Assembly (NCBI GenBank): GCA_963663865.1
Contig: OY760686.1
Location: 1 to 64,000 of the forward strand
DNA: 64,000 nucleotides
From: Spirochaetota bacterium
GTDB taxonomy: Bacteria; Spirochaetota; UBA4802; UBA5550
Reading direction: 5' to 3'
The position numbers and the translations under genes are program-made. Below the pieces are notes generated by a model that worked only from the letters and a program-made list of their open reading frames with translations, was not told where the DNA came from and did no database searches. The number at the start of each line of letters is the position of its first letter. The stretch's first letter is position 1. Of the stretch, positions 49,731-60,043 are shown piece by piece.

Positions 49731-50591
49731 TTAGATGATTTCCTTAGCCTGCCGTATAAATTCAGGGATGGAGGTAAAAGTCTTTTCAAGGTCTTCGGCC
49801 GTGAAGCCTATTTTTTCAAGGGCCTCTGCGTTCAGTTCATGGAAAAGCCCGTCGCTTCCTATGCCCACACCGGCCATGAGAGCAAGGCTGTTGGCCACGT
49901 GTACAACGCAAACTTCGTAGCGGTGTTCCTCAGGCGAGTGCATGGGATCCTGATAGAAGCGGACTATGGATTTAAGCACGGGCGGGAACTGCCACTTGGC
50001 CAGAATCTTCTCACCGACCTCCTGATGCGAAAAGCCCATAATACTGCGTTCTGCATCGCTGAAGGTCATCCCCTGCTCCTGAACAGCACGCATAATATCT
50101 GCGAAAGTGCTCTGAACAAAGAGCGCCAGAACGACCTTTCCTACATTGTGGATTATCCCGCCGGTAAAGACAACATCGGCGACATCCTTTCTGCCCTTGT
50201 CCAACGCCATCTTTTTACACACAGTCGCCACGATCACTCCATGCTTCCAGAGCTCTCCCTTGGCGAGGTCATAGCCTATTACGAACCTGTCAAGAACAGG
50301 CTTGGCGGCCAGAATCATTACGATGTCCTTAACCTCTTTGAGGCCGAGAGTGACGATTGCCCTCTCTATTGAAGTTATCTCCTTGCCTTTGCTGAAAAAG
50401 GCTGAATTACACAGTTTAAGTATGTTTGTGGTCATGGCCTGGTCGCGCGATATCTCATCAGCGATATGCTTAAAAGAGACGTCAGGATCATTAACCATGT
50501 TAATGATTTTACTCGCGACCTCCGGTATTGAAGGAAGCTGGTCAAGGTTGTTTATTATTGATTCAATTCTCTGTTTAATATGTGCGTGCAT
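49731..50591 (-). CDS. HDOD-domain protein
   Basis: LPSIPEV, ILKLCNSAFF, AIVTLG, IHNVGK, HQEVG...W.FP. Confidence 0.9.
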   Translation of the reverse strand: MHAHIKQRIESIINNLDQLPSIPEVASKIINMVNDPDVSFKHIADEISRDQAMTTNILKLCNSAFFSKGKEITSIERAIVTLGLKEVKDIVMILAAKPVLDRFVIGYDLAKGELWKHGVIVATVCKKMALDKGRKDVADVVFTGGIIHNVGKVVLALFVQSTFADIMRAVQEQGMTFSDAERSIMGFSHQEVGEKILAKWQFPPVLKSIVRFYQDPMHSPEEHRYEVCVVHVANSLALMAGVGIGSDGLFHELNAEALEKIGFTAEDLEKTFTSIPEFIRQAKEII

Positions 50592-50611
50592 AGTTATCTC
50601 CAGCGCTCCAT

Positions 50612-51097
50612 CTACACTTTGTAATACATCTTTTCCTGACCGGCGGCCTTGACCTTCAGGTGTCCGTCATTGAGGAAAAAATCTATTACTCTCCCTGTAT
50701 TGCCACCGACATCCTTTTCAAGAACGGGAATTCCCAGTTTCTCCAGCACCTTAAGCGTTTCTTCCACATTTCGGTCGCCTATCTGTCCGAGAGAGACAGT
50801 CGGGCTGAACTTAAACATTGAAGCTCCGCCTGCAATCTTCGCCGACATAAACTCCTTTCTTGCGCCGTCTTTGATAAGTCTTTCAACAAGAAGGGGTATG
50901 GCCGTATCGGCATACTTTTCGGGGAATTTCCCCCCGGTATTGTCGCTCGGGAGAAGAATATGGGCGAGACCGCCGATCTTCTTCATGCGGTCATATACAC
51001 ATATCCCAACACAGCTTCCAAGAATGGTGCGCAGAACGGATGGGCTCTGCCCGAACCTGACCTGGGCGACACCAACATTTATAAGAGGTTCGTTCAT
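50612..51097 (-). CDS. cheD: Chemoreceptor glutamine deamidase CheD
   Basis: TILGSCVG, GGLAHILLP, KYAD, KIAGGASMF, IGDRN, DVGG..GR. Confidence 0.95.
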   Translation of the reverse strand: MNEPLINVGVAQVRFGQSPSVLRTILGSCVGICVYDRMKKIGGLAHILLPSDNTGGKFPEKYADTAIPLLVERLIKDGARKEFMSAKIAGGASMFKFSPTVSLGQIGDRNVEETLKVLEKLGIPVLEKDVGGNTGRVIDFFLNDGHLKVKAAGQEKMYYKV

Positions 51098-51238
51098 TTT
51101 CTAACTTCTGCCCTGTAATATTATCATTATGCCAGCCCGGTTAATAAGCCGCCGCGCTGTCCCCGTTTTTACCAATATCTTTAAAAATATGATCTGCAAC
51201 GAAACAATAATTTATCGTAACAGTCCCTTGTTATTTTG

Positions 51239-51847
51239 TCAAGGTTTATAGGAGCAGCCGGAAGTTATTTGCCAAATCCCGGCACAATCTGTCAGATCCT
51301 CAAGGATGGAAGCAGTCAGGCCCCAGACATCATAGCCGAGGTAGCGGTAATGGCGAAAAACCTTTTCAGCGCCGTCTATCGAATGTTTTTGTTCTTCCGC
51401 GTTCTCCCTGCGGCTGAAAAGCGCCAGAGGCACCTCAAGGCCCGATTCGATTTCAGGGGGATTAAAGCTGTACTGATAAGGCCATGCTATTGAAGAAACA
51501 AATACTGAAACCACGGAACCGTCTTTTGCAAAGTAATCATTGAAACGGCCAAGGTATCGGGCATCTTCAGGACGGATGCCTGTTTCCTCATAAGTTTCCC
51601 GGCTGGCCGTCTCAAACGCTGTTTTGTCTTCAGGATGGGAGCGTCCTCCCGGCAGAGAGACCTCTCCCCTGTGCGACGAAAGCGTCATTGCCCTCCGTGT
51701 CAGGAGGACGGAGGGGACTCCTACGGCGTCCATCAGCACAACCATTACGGCAGCCGCCGCGGGATTTGCGTTTTCACTGAAAAAAAGCTGTCTTGCCGTC
51801 AGAGAGCTCCTGAAAGCTTCACAGACTGCGCTGAAGTCAGCTTCCAA
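51239..51847 (-). CDS. Nudix hydrolase (CoA pyrophosphatase-like)
   Basis: LLTRRA..LSSHRGEVSLPGG...A.RETYEETG; VWGLTA. Confidence 0.9.
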   Translation of the reverse strand: MEADFSAVCEAFRSSLTARQLFFSENANPAAAAVMVVLMDAVGVPSVLLTRRAMTLSSHRGEVSLPGGRSHPEDKTAFETASRETYEETGIRPEDARYLGRFNDYFAKDGSVVSVFVSSIAWPYQYSFNPPEIESGLEVPLALFSRRENAEEQKHSIDGAEKVFRHYRYLGYDVWGLTASILEDLTDCAGIWQITSGCSYKP

Positions 51848-52397
51848 AGCCCGCCGCCTGCTCGTAAAGGTCGCCTCCGTCAGGCCCGTTTATCACAACG
51901 ACAGGAAAGTCCTCTACCACAAGGCGATAAACAGCCTCAGGCCCAAGGTCGTGAAAGGCAACCGGCTCTGACTCCTTTATGCGGACCGCCAGGTAGGCCC
52001 CCGCGCCGCCGTAACTGCTGAAGTACACAGCTCCAAACTTCGCAATCAGCTCTCTGACCTCGGGGCTTCGCCTGCCCTTGCCGATCATGGCTGTAACGCC
52101 CACCTCAAGCATCTTCCCGGTAAAAACGTCCATTCTCGAAGATGTAGTCGGACCGGCTGCCCCTATCACCCTGCCGGGCGGCGAGGGGCTTGGCCCCATA
52201 TAGTATATCACCTGGCCTGACAGCTCAACAGGGAGGCCGCCGCCGGCCTCCATAATCTCGACAAGCCGCTGATGGGCCTTGTCGCGCGCGGAGTATATAG
52301 TTCCGCTTATGAGACACCTGTCGCCGGGAAGAAGGCCGGCGGCGGCCTCCCGGCTCAGCGGAGCGCTTAGTTTCTTCCACTGCATATCATCCTCCAA
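51837..52397 (-). CDS. Fe-S hydro-lyase (fumarate hydratase/tartrate dehydratase) beta subunit
   Basis: ARDKAH, AGPTTSSRM, MIGKG, DLGPEA. Confidence 0.93.
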   Translation of the reverse strand: MEDDMQWKKLSAPLSREAAAGLLPGDRCLISGTIYSARDKAHQRLVEIMEAGGGLPVELSGQVIYYMGPSPSPPGRVIGAAGPTTSSRMDVFTGKMLEVGVTAMIGKGRRSPEVRELIAKFGAVYFSSYGGAGAYLAVRIKESEPVAFHDLGPEAVYRLVVEDFPVVVINGPDGGDLYEQAAGFGS

Positions 52398-53250
52398 TGA
52401 CCCTTGTTCTGAAACGCGTCGAATGGCAGCTCATGTTTACGGCCACAGGCAGCGACGCGATATGCGCCGGGGCCGGTTTAATGTAGACACCCGCAACAGT
52501 CGATATCCCCCCAAAGCCTAACGCGCCGACATTTGACTTGTTGAGTCTTTCCTCAATCAGCTTCTCAAGTCCGGCATAATATGGATCGGGATTTGGTTCT
52601 TCACCGCGCAGAACAGCCTTCTTTGAATTCAGCGCCGCCTCATCCGCCGTGCCTCCTATGCCGATTCCAAGAAATAGGGGCGGACAGGGATTGGGCCCTG
52701 CGGCAACCACAGTATTAACAATGTATTCAACAACATCTTCAGCGGAAGAGGTCGGCGTAAACATCTTCAGAGCGCTCATGTTCTCAGAACCGCCGCCCTT
52801 CAGGTAGACCGTCAGCCTGATCTGGTCCCCCTCGACAATTGATGTGTGGACGAATGCCGGCGCGTTGGTGCCGGTATTGTTTCGTCTCAGCGGATCGCCC
52901 ACGATTGACTTCCTCAGATAACAGCTTCGATAGGCTTCTTCGACCGCAGCTTCGATCTGAGCGCCCAGGAAGGCGCCTTCGAGAGTTACATTCTGACCTA
53001 TCTCCAGAAAGACGATTACAGCACCGCAGTCCTGACAGAGCGGCAGCCTCTCGGTCTTTGCCAGCTCGGCATTCTCAAGCAAAACTCTCATGGTTTCAAC
53101 TGCTGCCTCATCTTTTTCGGATGCTGCCATCTCCCTGAATCTGCGTAGAACATATTCAGGCAGCTCAAAGCTCGCCTCCTCTATCATCTCAATCAGATTG
53201 AGCCGTAATGTTTCAGTATTTACTGTCGTATTCGCCATTGCCTTCCTCAT
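52387..53250 (-). CDS. Fe-S hydro-lyase (fumarate hydratase/tartrate dehydratase) alpha subunit
   Basis: PLCQDCG, KGGGSEN, NPCPP, HIASLPVAVNMSCH. Confidence 0.93.
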   Translation of the reverse strand: MRKAMANTTVNTETLRLNLIEMIEEASFELPEYVLRRFREMAASEKDEAAVETMRVLLENAELAKTERLPLCQDCGAVIVFLEIGQNVTLEGAFLGAQIEAAVEEAYRSCYLRKSIVGDPLRRNNTGTNAPAFVHTSIVEGDQIRLTVYLKGGGSENMSALKMFTPTSSAEDVVEYIVNTVVAAGPNPCPPLFLGIGIGGTADEAALNSKKAVLRGEEPNPDPYYAGLEKLIEERLNKSNVGALGFGGISTVAGVYIKPAPAHIASLPVAVNMSCHSTRFRTRVIGG

Positions 53251-53374
53251 TTTTAGTTATGTTGACATTCAGCCTTTATCAGCTCAAGAATTTTTTACCT
53301 TGCCTCGCATAATCTTTATGTTGACCCTTGCCGCAATATCTCTTATAATGCTTAAACACTCAGTGATACAATTT

Positions 53375-54385
53375 ATGAAGAAGAAAAACAAGACAGCGCT
53401 TATCCTTCTCAGACACAGTTCGCCTGACTCCGACAGCGTTCCGGCTTCAGTCAGGACTGTTCCAGGTGCCGATCTGAAGCGATATCCCACCCCTGAGGAT
53501 ATTATTGATTCAGCGGGCTCTCCTGAAATACTGATTGTTTATCCTGACGACTATGACATGACTCCTCTGAATAACTATCTCCGAAAAACATCCGGGACAA
53601 GAGGCGGGCTGGCGACCAGCGATTTTGAGGAGAGGGTCTACGAAGGAATCAAGAAGGAAGAATTCGTGCTCTACTACCAACCCATTATCGAAACGGCGTC
53701 AGGCAGACTTTTCGGCTTTGAATCGCTAATCAGGTGGAATCACCCCGAAAGAGGCCTCCTGACTCCAGAGGTCTTTATCCCCGAGGCTGAGAAGACCGGC
53801 GCCATTATAAAGCTTGGGGAGTGGATTACTGAGACCGCCATGAAACAGTCAGCGGAGTGGGCGGGCCTTTTCCCCAATCTCCCGCTCCGGCTCGGGATTA
53901 ATCTGTCCGCCAGACAGTTTATTGACAGCGGCCTCAGCAAAAGCATTCTCATGCTGTCTGAGAAACACGGAATTGTTAAGGAAAACATTGCGTTTGAGAT
54001 CACTGAGAGCGCGTTCATGGAAGACATGGACAAGGCCAACATCATCCTTCTTACTCTGAGGGCCTTCAACTATCCGATTTACCTCGACGACTTCGGAACG
54101 GGATTCGCGTCACTTTCGTATCTGCTCCACTTTCCCGTAGACACAATAAAAATTGACCGTTCCTTCGTCGAATGGATGCACATTGACGATCAGAGCGCTG
54201 AAATTGTCCGCTCGGTCTCTACACTCGCTCACAACCTGAAGATGAAGGTCGTTGCGGAAGGCATTGAGACATCAGACCACCTTGAGCTTGCACGCGAATT
54301 CGGGTGCGACTACACGCAGGGCTATTTCTTCTCCAGGCCCCTCTCTCCGCAGGACGCGGAGGAGTATATCAAAAGCTCTATATGA
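53375..54385 (+). CDS. EAL-domain c-di-GMP phosphodiesterase
   Basis: YQPI, ESLIRW, INLS, EITE, LDDFGTG, KIDRSF, AEGIE, QGY; start moved to ATG 53375 to avoid overlap with fumarase. Confidence 0.88.
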   Translation: MKKKNKTALILLRHSSPDSDSVPASVRTVPGADLKRYPTPEDIIDSAGSPEILIVYPDDYDMTPLNNYLRKTSGTRGGLATSDFEERVYEGIKKEEFVLYYQPIIETASGRLFGFESLIRWNHPERGLLTPEVFIPEAEKTGAIIKLGEWITETAMKQSAEWAGLFPNLPLRLGINLSARQFIDSGLSKSILMLSEKHGIVKENIAFEITESAFMEDMDKANIILLTLRAFNYPIYLDDFGTGFASLSYLLHFPVDTIKIDRSFVEWMHIDDQSAEIVRSVSTLAHNLKMKVVAEGIETSDHLELAREFGCDYTQGYFFSRPLSPQDAEEYIKSSI

Positions 54386-54394
54386 ATTTCCTAT

Positions 54395-55030
54395 ATGGAT
54401 GATATAGTCTTTTTAGAAAATCTCTGTACCGGAATCAGTTCAGACACGATAGCGTCGAAGGCAGCCGCAGTTCTGAGAATGCCGCCTGTAGACCATAAAA
54501 TCGCGATGCTTGCCGCTTCGGGGCTGAGAGTTGCTGCTCCGGCCGCGCTCTACTCCGTCCTCATTCCGCCATCTTCAGAGCTTTTAAACCGGCTGCCTGA
54601 AGAGCTTAGAACAGTTTCTCTTTTCCCGTTTATTCTCACTGCCGGCAGGGAGGCTTCGGAATGGGCCGCTTCGTTTAATGATATAGCTGAACAGCTCTAC
54701 GCGGGCGAGATACTGAACTGCATTCTATCATCAGCGCTTGATGCCCTCGCCTGTTCATCAGCCTCCGCCGCTGGTACCGGCCCGCTTTCTGAACTCTGCC
54801 CCGGCACAGGGACTTTGCCCTTAAGCCTTCAGGCAGATTTGTTTGCATTTTTCGGTCCGCGTACCGGTGATCTGGGAGTAAGGCTCAACAGCTCACACGT
54901 AATTGAACCCGCCTTCAGTGTTGCGGGCTTTTTGTGTAATGAGACTATAACTCAGGGATGCCGAAACTGTTCGGTTAGAAGCTGCATGGAAGCGGGCGGT
55001 AGGTGCTGGAGGTCAACGTTAGAATGTTAA
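54395..55030 (+). CDS. Methionine-synthase activation-domain-like protein
   Basis: CPGTGTLPLSLQ...LGVRLNSSHVIEPAFSVAG and a C-terminal CxxCxxxxC resemble stand-alone Met_synt_B12 proteins. Confidence 0.6.
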   Translation: MDDIVFLENLCTGISSDTIASKAAAVLRMPPVDHKIAMLAASGLRVAAPAALYSVLIPPSSELLNRLPEELRTVSLFPFILTAGREASEWAASFNDIAEQLYAGEILNCILSSALDALACSSASAAGTGPLSELCPGTGTLPLSLQADLFAFFGPRTGDLGVRLNSSHVIEPAFSVAGFLCNETITQGCRNCSVRSCMEAGGRCWRSTLEC

Positions 55031-56235
55031 ATTGATGCTCTCCTGGCTACCAGAGCTCCTTGTACAATTGAGTCTACGCTTCCGCCATTTTCTTTAACAT
55101 TTGATATTCCTTTCATAAACTCACTTGGAGTCAGCCCTATATGCCTTTTAAACGCTCTATTGAAAGAAGGCTTGGAATTGAATCCAACTTTCATCGCAAG
55201 GTTCAAAAAATTAAAATTAGTTTCGTTTTTCATAATCTCAATAAATTCATTGATTCTAAGGTTGTTTAAATACTCTGGCACACTCATCCCGGTAGCTGTA
55301 TTTATCACCTGAGACAGATAGTTTTTATTTATGTTTAGACGCTTTGCAAGCTCATCCACTTTAAATTCCGGATCAGCATAGAGCTTCTCATTCCTGATAA
55401 TCTGAGAGGTTGCTTCCATAATCTCATTTATTTCACTTAGTTTTAGAGGAGAGGTCCTATACTTAGCCAACCCCTCAGCCCTTCTCAAATTAGCCCTAAG
55501 GGAATATAACAACTCTGGTTTAACAACGGCATAGTAAAAAAGCAGCAATAACACAGTAGTTGAAACAACCGGCACCATTATAAAATCAACGTCTTGCAAT
55601 ATTGATGGCTTGCTGGAATAATACTTTATATATATAATATTTATTATATGGGCACAACACAAAACAGAAAATAACGTTGTTATTAATCCAAGCCACTTAC
55701 AGGCCCCAATATTTTCTATTGAATTAAGATTCATTTTGTATTCTCTTATTTTGGACTTGATAAACATCATGTAGCCAAAAATAATCAGAAAAAAGGTTAT
55801 TTTTATAATCACCATGATATGACTGGTTAAATATTGCGAGACATCTTGATAAACTCTCATATAAGCGTAATAGGGAGCATAAGAGATTGCAACAAACAGA
55901 GGCGGAACAATAAATTGAATATTATATCTTTTCGTATATCTAAACTCTGGGTAAAGAAGAGACATGCTATACAATATCAGAAGAGGGCCTTTGAGCAATA
56001 GAATAAAAAATGTAAGCTGAGTAACATGAACAGTATTTGAATTACTAACCGGCATTCCCGTAACTGTATATTGATTCAGGAGCAGGTTTATCAGCACACA
56101 GACACCCGCGCATAGAAAATAGAGGGAGAGAAATCTGTTTGCATACTTATTCTTACTGAGCCTCAACAGAACAAACGCAAACAAAAAGCTTTCTACGACA
56201 CCGACGACGCTAAGTGCAATAAATAATGTATTCAA
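55027..56235 (-). CDS. Membrane-anchored AraC-family transcriptional regulator (cassette 2)
   Basis: About 7 hydrophobic segments; KY..S.L linker; YLSQVIN, VGFNSKPSFNRAFKRHIGLTPSEF. Confidence 0.9.
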   Translation of the reverse strand: MNTLFIALSVVGVVESFLFAFVLLRLSKNKYANRFLSLYFLCAGVCVLINLLLNQYTVTGMPVSNSNTVHVTQLTFFILLLKGPLLILYSMSLLYPEFRYTKRYNIQFIVPPLFVAISYAPYYAYMRVYQDVSQYLTSHIMVIIKITFFLIIFGYMMFIKSKIREYKMNLNSIENIGACKWLGLITTLFSVLCCAHIINIIYIKYYSSKPSILQDVDFIMVPVVSTTVLLLLFYYAVVKPELLYSLRANLRRAEGLAKYRTSPLKLSEINEIMEATSQIIRNEKLYADPEFKVDELAKRLNINKNYLSQVINTATGMSVPEYLNNLRINEFIEIMKNETNFNFLNLAMKVGFNSKPSFNRAFKRHIGLTPSEFMKGISNVKENGGSVDSIVQGALVARRASI

Positions 56236-56298
56236 ATGCCCCCACCATATTCAACAGTCAATACAGGACCACTAATCATTTGTCAAACTAATATGAAT

Positions 56299-57420
56299 CT
56301 ATTGTTCAACTATTTTACAATAATTTTTTTTACCAGGTAAAAATATACCATTAATAAATTCATCCGGCACTTCTGAATATGTTACATCACTAACCAATAT
56401 ATTATATATTAATTTAAGAATAATATATTCCATATTTATCCTCGCGTAACCGGCATCGAACTTTAATTGATCACTGTCAAGCTTTGTCTTCAGCCTGCAA
56501 TCTTTCATGTCTGGAACAACAAGAACAGCATCACAAATATTTTTTCTTATTCTATTTTTTGAACCTGTACTAAGATTTGCTTGTTGAAAACGGAGTGTTA
56601 TTTTATCTAATGACCTGAATAAACCCAGCCAGGAAATAAAATCATCTGCATCAGCAAACCGTTCCAGATTTAACCCTGTTTCAAACAGAATATTCTCTGC
56701 GACCACCCTGTTTACACCTGGAATTTCCGTTATACGCTGTAACTTTTCTTCATATCGGGAAGATTTTGCTTTAATGCTCTCCTCCAAAAAGGCAATCTTG
56801 CTGCGAGCCTCTTTTAAATCATTAAACAATGATGTTAAAATTATAGATGTGTTATCATCAACGATGGAGCTGATTCTCTGATCCCAATTATTAGAGGAAT
56901 ATATGTGTTCAATTTCATTTTCCAAATTTGGATAGAACTCAGGTTTTATGCATATCATAGTGCTTTTTAAAATAATTCCAATTTTAGACTTGATAGCACG
57001 ATGATTTTCAATAATCTCATCTCTGTATCTTGACAAATCTCTCAGTTCTCTAACCAAACGCGGTGGAATATAGGTTGCTTTAAGCCTATCGGATTGAAAA
57101 AGCTCTACTAACAGCTCTGTTATCCTGCTTTGCTTGCCGGCTTCTCTGCTGTTGTGTGTAAACACGAGATGCATATTACATTGATCTTCGAATTCTCTCC
57201 AAAGAAACTGCCATGAATCACTTTCCCCGGCTATGACAATGTTCGAGACAAGATTATTTTTAATCTCATTTTTTATCCTCAACAACTCATAATCGTCAAA
57301 GTAGTTCTTTGTAGTTATCTTTCTGGCAGCCTTATCGGCTGATTCTCTGTGAAATGTTGTCTCGATGTATCTTCCACGAAGGTACATCGCGCAGGCATTA
57401 TTTTTATTTTTTGTTTCCAT
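56299..57420 (-). CDS. IS110-transposase-like protein lacking DEDD catalytic residues (cassette 2)
   Basis: YIPPRLVRELRDLSRYR, EIPGVNRVVAENILFETG...F.DADDFISWLGL; catalytic positions read CAMYLRG, VIAGESDSW and GKQSRITE. Confidence 0.8.
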   Translation of the reverse strand: METKNKNNACAMYLRGRYIETTFHRESADKAARKITTKNYFDDYELLRIKNEIKNNLVSNIVIAGESDSWQFLWREFEDQCNMHLVFTHNSREAGKQSRITELLVELFQSDRLKATYIPPRLVRELRDLSRYRDEIIENHRAIKSKIGIILKSTMICIKPEFYPNLENEIEHIYSSNNWDQRISSIVDDNTSIILTSLFNDLKEARSKIAFLEESIKAKSSRYEEKLQRITEIPGVNRVVAENILFETGLNLERFADADDFISWLGLFRSLDKITLRFQQANLSTGSKNRIRKNICDAVLVVPDMKDCRLKTKLDSDQLKFDAGYARINMEYIILKLIYNILVSDVTYSEVPDEFINGIFLPGKKNYCKIVEQ

Positions 57421-57539
57421 CGAATATCTAAATCAATATTTATCGCAACAATAAAACTCGTACCGTGCCATTAACCACTGTTCGTTACAAATATAATCTC
57501 TTTATTACGCTCATTACTATTTTTCAGCATAATATATGG

Positions 57540-57574
57540 AATGAACAGGACACCCTGATGCTGCCCTGTTCATT
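57540..57574. terminator. Hairpin after GH3 gene 2
   Basis: AATGAACAGG...CCTGTTCATT stem in the position equivalent to 44132-44168. Confidence 0.6.
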
Positions 57575-57619
57575 TTTCCATTACATCAAAATCAAATCTC
57601 TAATAAGCATCCTTAACAA

Positions 57620-60043
57620 TTACCAGGTCAACCCTGTACCAAAAGTAAATGTGGGATTTACCTCATCATTGTAAAGGTCTTCTGTTGCATCTTCAACACT
57701 CTGCTCTGAGCTTGGAATACTGAAAGGCAAATGAGCTTCAGGAGCATATCCATCTACAGCGAATAGTACGTCGAAAAGCAACGGATTAAACAATCCGAAT
57801 TCAACGACCAGCGCATCAATCTCAGCTGCCACAGCAGGTTCAAGAACAAATGGGCGGAAGGCAAAAACGACAACTATCAGCCGAGCTCCCGTTGCATTCT
57901 TAACGGCTATTGCATTTGTCAGCTTTGCATACTCATTTACAGCACTCGACATTTGATTATCATTTACGATATAGCCACCTGATGAATAGTCAACACCATC
58001 AACCTCAGTCGTACCAGCTCCATTATCTGATCCTTCGGGTCCGGCTGTTGAGTTGACCAGCGCGACATGTTCATCCCATGTATAGTGTCTCCACGCATCA
58101 TAATTGTACCTTAGAACTGGAGCTGTCCACGAAAGAGGCACTCCTCCGGCAATACCGGTATGCTGTCCCTGCCTACCAGCAATTCGAAGCACTATGATGT
58201 CCGCTTCATTAATATCTGTTGTGTACTGCATTGCATTGTTAGTACCAACGAATGTTGCCATTTCACTTTCATCGACAGTCGCATCTCCTACAGAATCAAC
58301 GTAGATTGTAGCGTCCGTTGAAAGGCTCAGCGGAAGGACTTCACCTTCATTCTTAACAAGAACACATGCCCTCTTCATCGCCTCTTCTGCCGCAGGCCTG
58401 TTGCTTTCTACTACCTGTGCAGCAGCTGCTACATCGATGTAAGGGTTTTCAAACAGTCCAAGTCTGAACATAACCTCAAGAACCTTAGCTGCAGCTTCAT
58501 TAACGTCATTGTTTGTGACCTGTCCGTCAGATACTGCATTAATCCACATTTCTTCATTTCCGGCACCTATCTGGTGTCCACCTGCGCGAGCATATCTTCG
58601 CACACGGTAGCTTTCATACGGATAAGCTTCCGCTGAACCAAGCGTTGCCTCTTCTACACCCGCAAGATCGTCTGAGTAGAGGCCATAAGCTGCCTGAAAT
58701 ATCCAATAGGTTTCTCCATACAAAACACCCCAGTCTGAAGTAACCATGCCGTCCCACTCGCAGTAATCCCTGAGAAGATCCCACATAATTTTACTGTCAT
58801 AGGAAGACCCAACATGTTCATCGAAAGCGAACTCTTCTCCAACTCCCGAGTTTACCCAGCTGTCCGTTCCGGGCCAACCTGATTCACCGGTTACAAAGAT
58901 GCTGTAGCAAGGCATTACAGCAAGAGGTCCCGCTTCAAAAGCTGTTCGGAAGTTATCGAGGTGAGACTGAAAATTTCCTCCGGGGAACATAGCAAAGCGG
59001 CCAATATAATTATGGCTGTCCATTCCTCCGTTGTTAGTACCGGCTCCAGGGAAGTGTTTGAGAGTCGCGGCAACACCGCCTGTCAAAGCTCTTCCGCTAA
59101 AACCATCTTCAGCGCCCTGTAATCCTCGAATATAAGCCCTCGCCATTTCACCAGCCAGACCGTTTGCACCAGTAGCACCAAATGTGTCATGCGATCTTGC
59201 CCATCTCGGCTCTCCGAGCGGGTCGCACATTGGCCCGAGGAGAAAGTTAATTCCAGCAGCTTTATACTCAGCTCTGTGAAGGGCTGCGATTTCTTCCATG
59301 TATTCAGGATCGCCAATAGCAGCAAATCCCAGGTTGAAGGGCCAATTCCCAATGTTATTCATGTTGTTTCTTTTTTCAAAAACAGACGATGACCTGTTAC
59401 TTCCTGTTCCAGTGGAAGGGTCGCAGTTATACAAGTAAGGAATACCCAGAGCCGCACTTTCACAGGCTGCCTGAAGATTGTTAGCATATGTAGCCCTTGT
59501 AGTAGCGTCCATATTGTTCGTTCCAGACATTGAGGAACGAGTAAAACCTGTTGTTCCATTGATGTCAGCGATACGAGCCGCGTTCAAGGTTCCATCCGCA
59601 TTAGCTCCACCCCCCAGATAGAAGTTATAAAGCAAGCCGCCTTTGACAAGCAAAGGATTAACTTCATCTAATGGATCCAAAGCATCAATCAACTCAATCA
59701 GATTATCTATCCTGTCCTGAAGAGACAATCTCCAGTCCTCGTAAGGATCAACAGTTCCGTTAGCGTTGAGGTCTCTGAACTGCAGGGTATAACTTTCCCC
59801 GCTTTCGGCTACAGCAGTTTCCTCAATTATGCTCTTGCCGCTCCCCTCATGTACAGCGACATCCGGTATTACAATCTTTCCGTCTACGCAGTACAGACTT
59901 GCCTCATCAACGCAATCCAACTCTGACGACAGTACAGGTGGCGGCGGCTCCGTTCTGCTTTCATCATCACCACAAGCTGTAAAGACCAGACCATATCCTG
60001 TAACAGCAAGCAGGAGCAGCAACATTGATAGAATCTTTTTCAT
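57620..60043 (-). CDS. Glycoside hydrolase family 3 lipoprotein (cassette 2, paralog of 44181-46445)
   Basis: Lipobox VFTAC; RDLNANGTVDPYEDW; LKHFPG; VTSDWG; GGVPLS..A....YNYD.WRHYT shared with the paralog. Confidence 0.9.
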   Translation of the reverse strand: MKKILSMLLLLLAVTGYGLVFTACGDDESRTEPPPPVLSSELDCVDEASLYCVDGKIVIPDVAVHEGSGKSIIEETAVAESGESYTLQFRDLNANGTVDPYEDWRLSLQDRIDNLIELIDALDPLDEVNPLLVKGGLLYNFYLGGGANADGTLNAARIADINGTTGFTRSSMSGTNNMDATTRATYANNLQAACESAALGIPYLYNCDPSTGTGSNRSSSVFEKRNNMNNIGNWPFNLGFAAIGDPEYMEEIAALHRAEYKAAGINFLLGPMCDPLGEPRWARSHDTFGATGANGLAGEMARAYIRGLQGAEDGFSGRALTGGVAATLKHFPGAGTNNGGMDSHNYIGRFAMFPGGNFQSHLDNFRTAFEAGPLAVMPCYSIFVTGESGWPGTDSWVNSGVGEEFAFDEHVGSSYDSKIMWDLLRDYCEWDGMVTSDWGVLYGETYWIFQAAYGLYSDDLAGVEEATLGSAEAYPYESYRVRRYARAGGHQIGAGNEEMWINAVSDGQVTNNDVNEAAAKVLEVMFRLGLFENPYIDVAAAAQVVESNRPAAEEAMKRACVLVKNEGEVLPLSLSTDATIYVDSVGDATVDESEMATFVGTNNAMQYTTDINEADIIVLRIAGRQGQHTGIAGGVPLSWTAPVLRYNYDAWRHYTWDEHVALVNSTAGPEGSDNGAGTTEVDGVDYSSGGYIVNDNQMSSAVNEYAKLTNAIAVKNATGARLIVVVFAFRPFVLEPAVAAEIDALVVEFGLFNPLLFDVLFAVDGYAPEAHLPFSIPSSEQSVEDATEDLYNDEVNPTFTFGTGLTW

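Noticed and set aside
53090-53374. Apparent TM N-terminus of the EAL protein
   Set aside because: It overlaps the divergent fumarase alpha gene and its promoter region; probably not translated.
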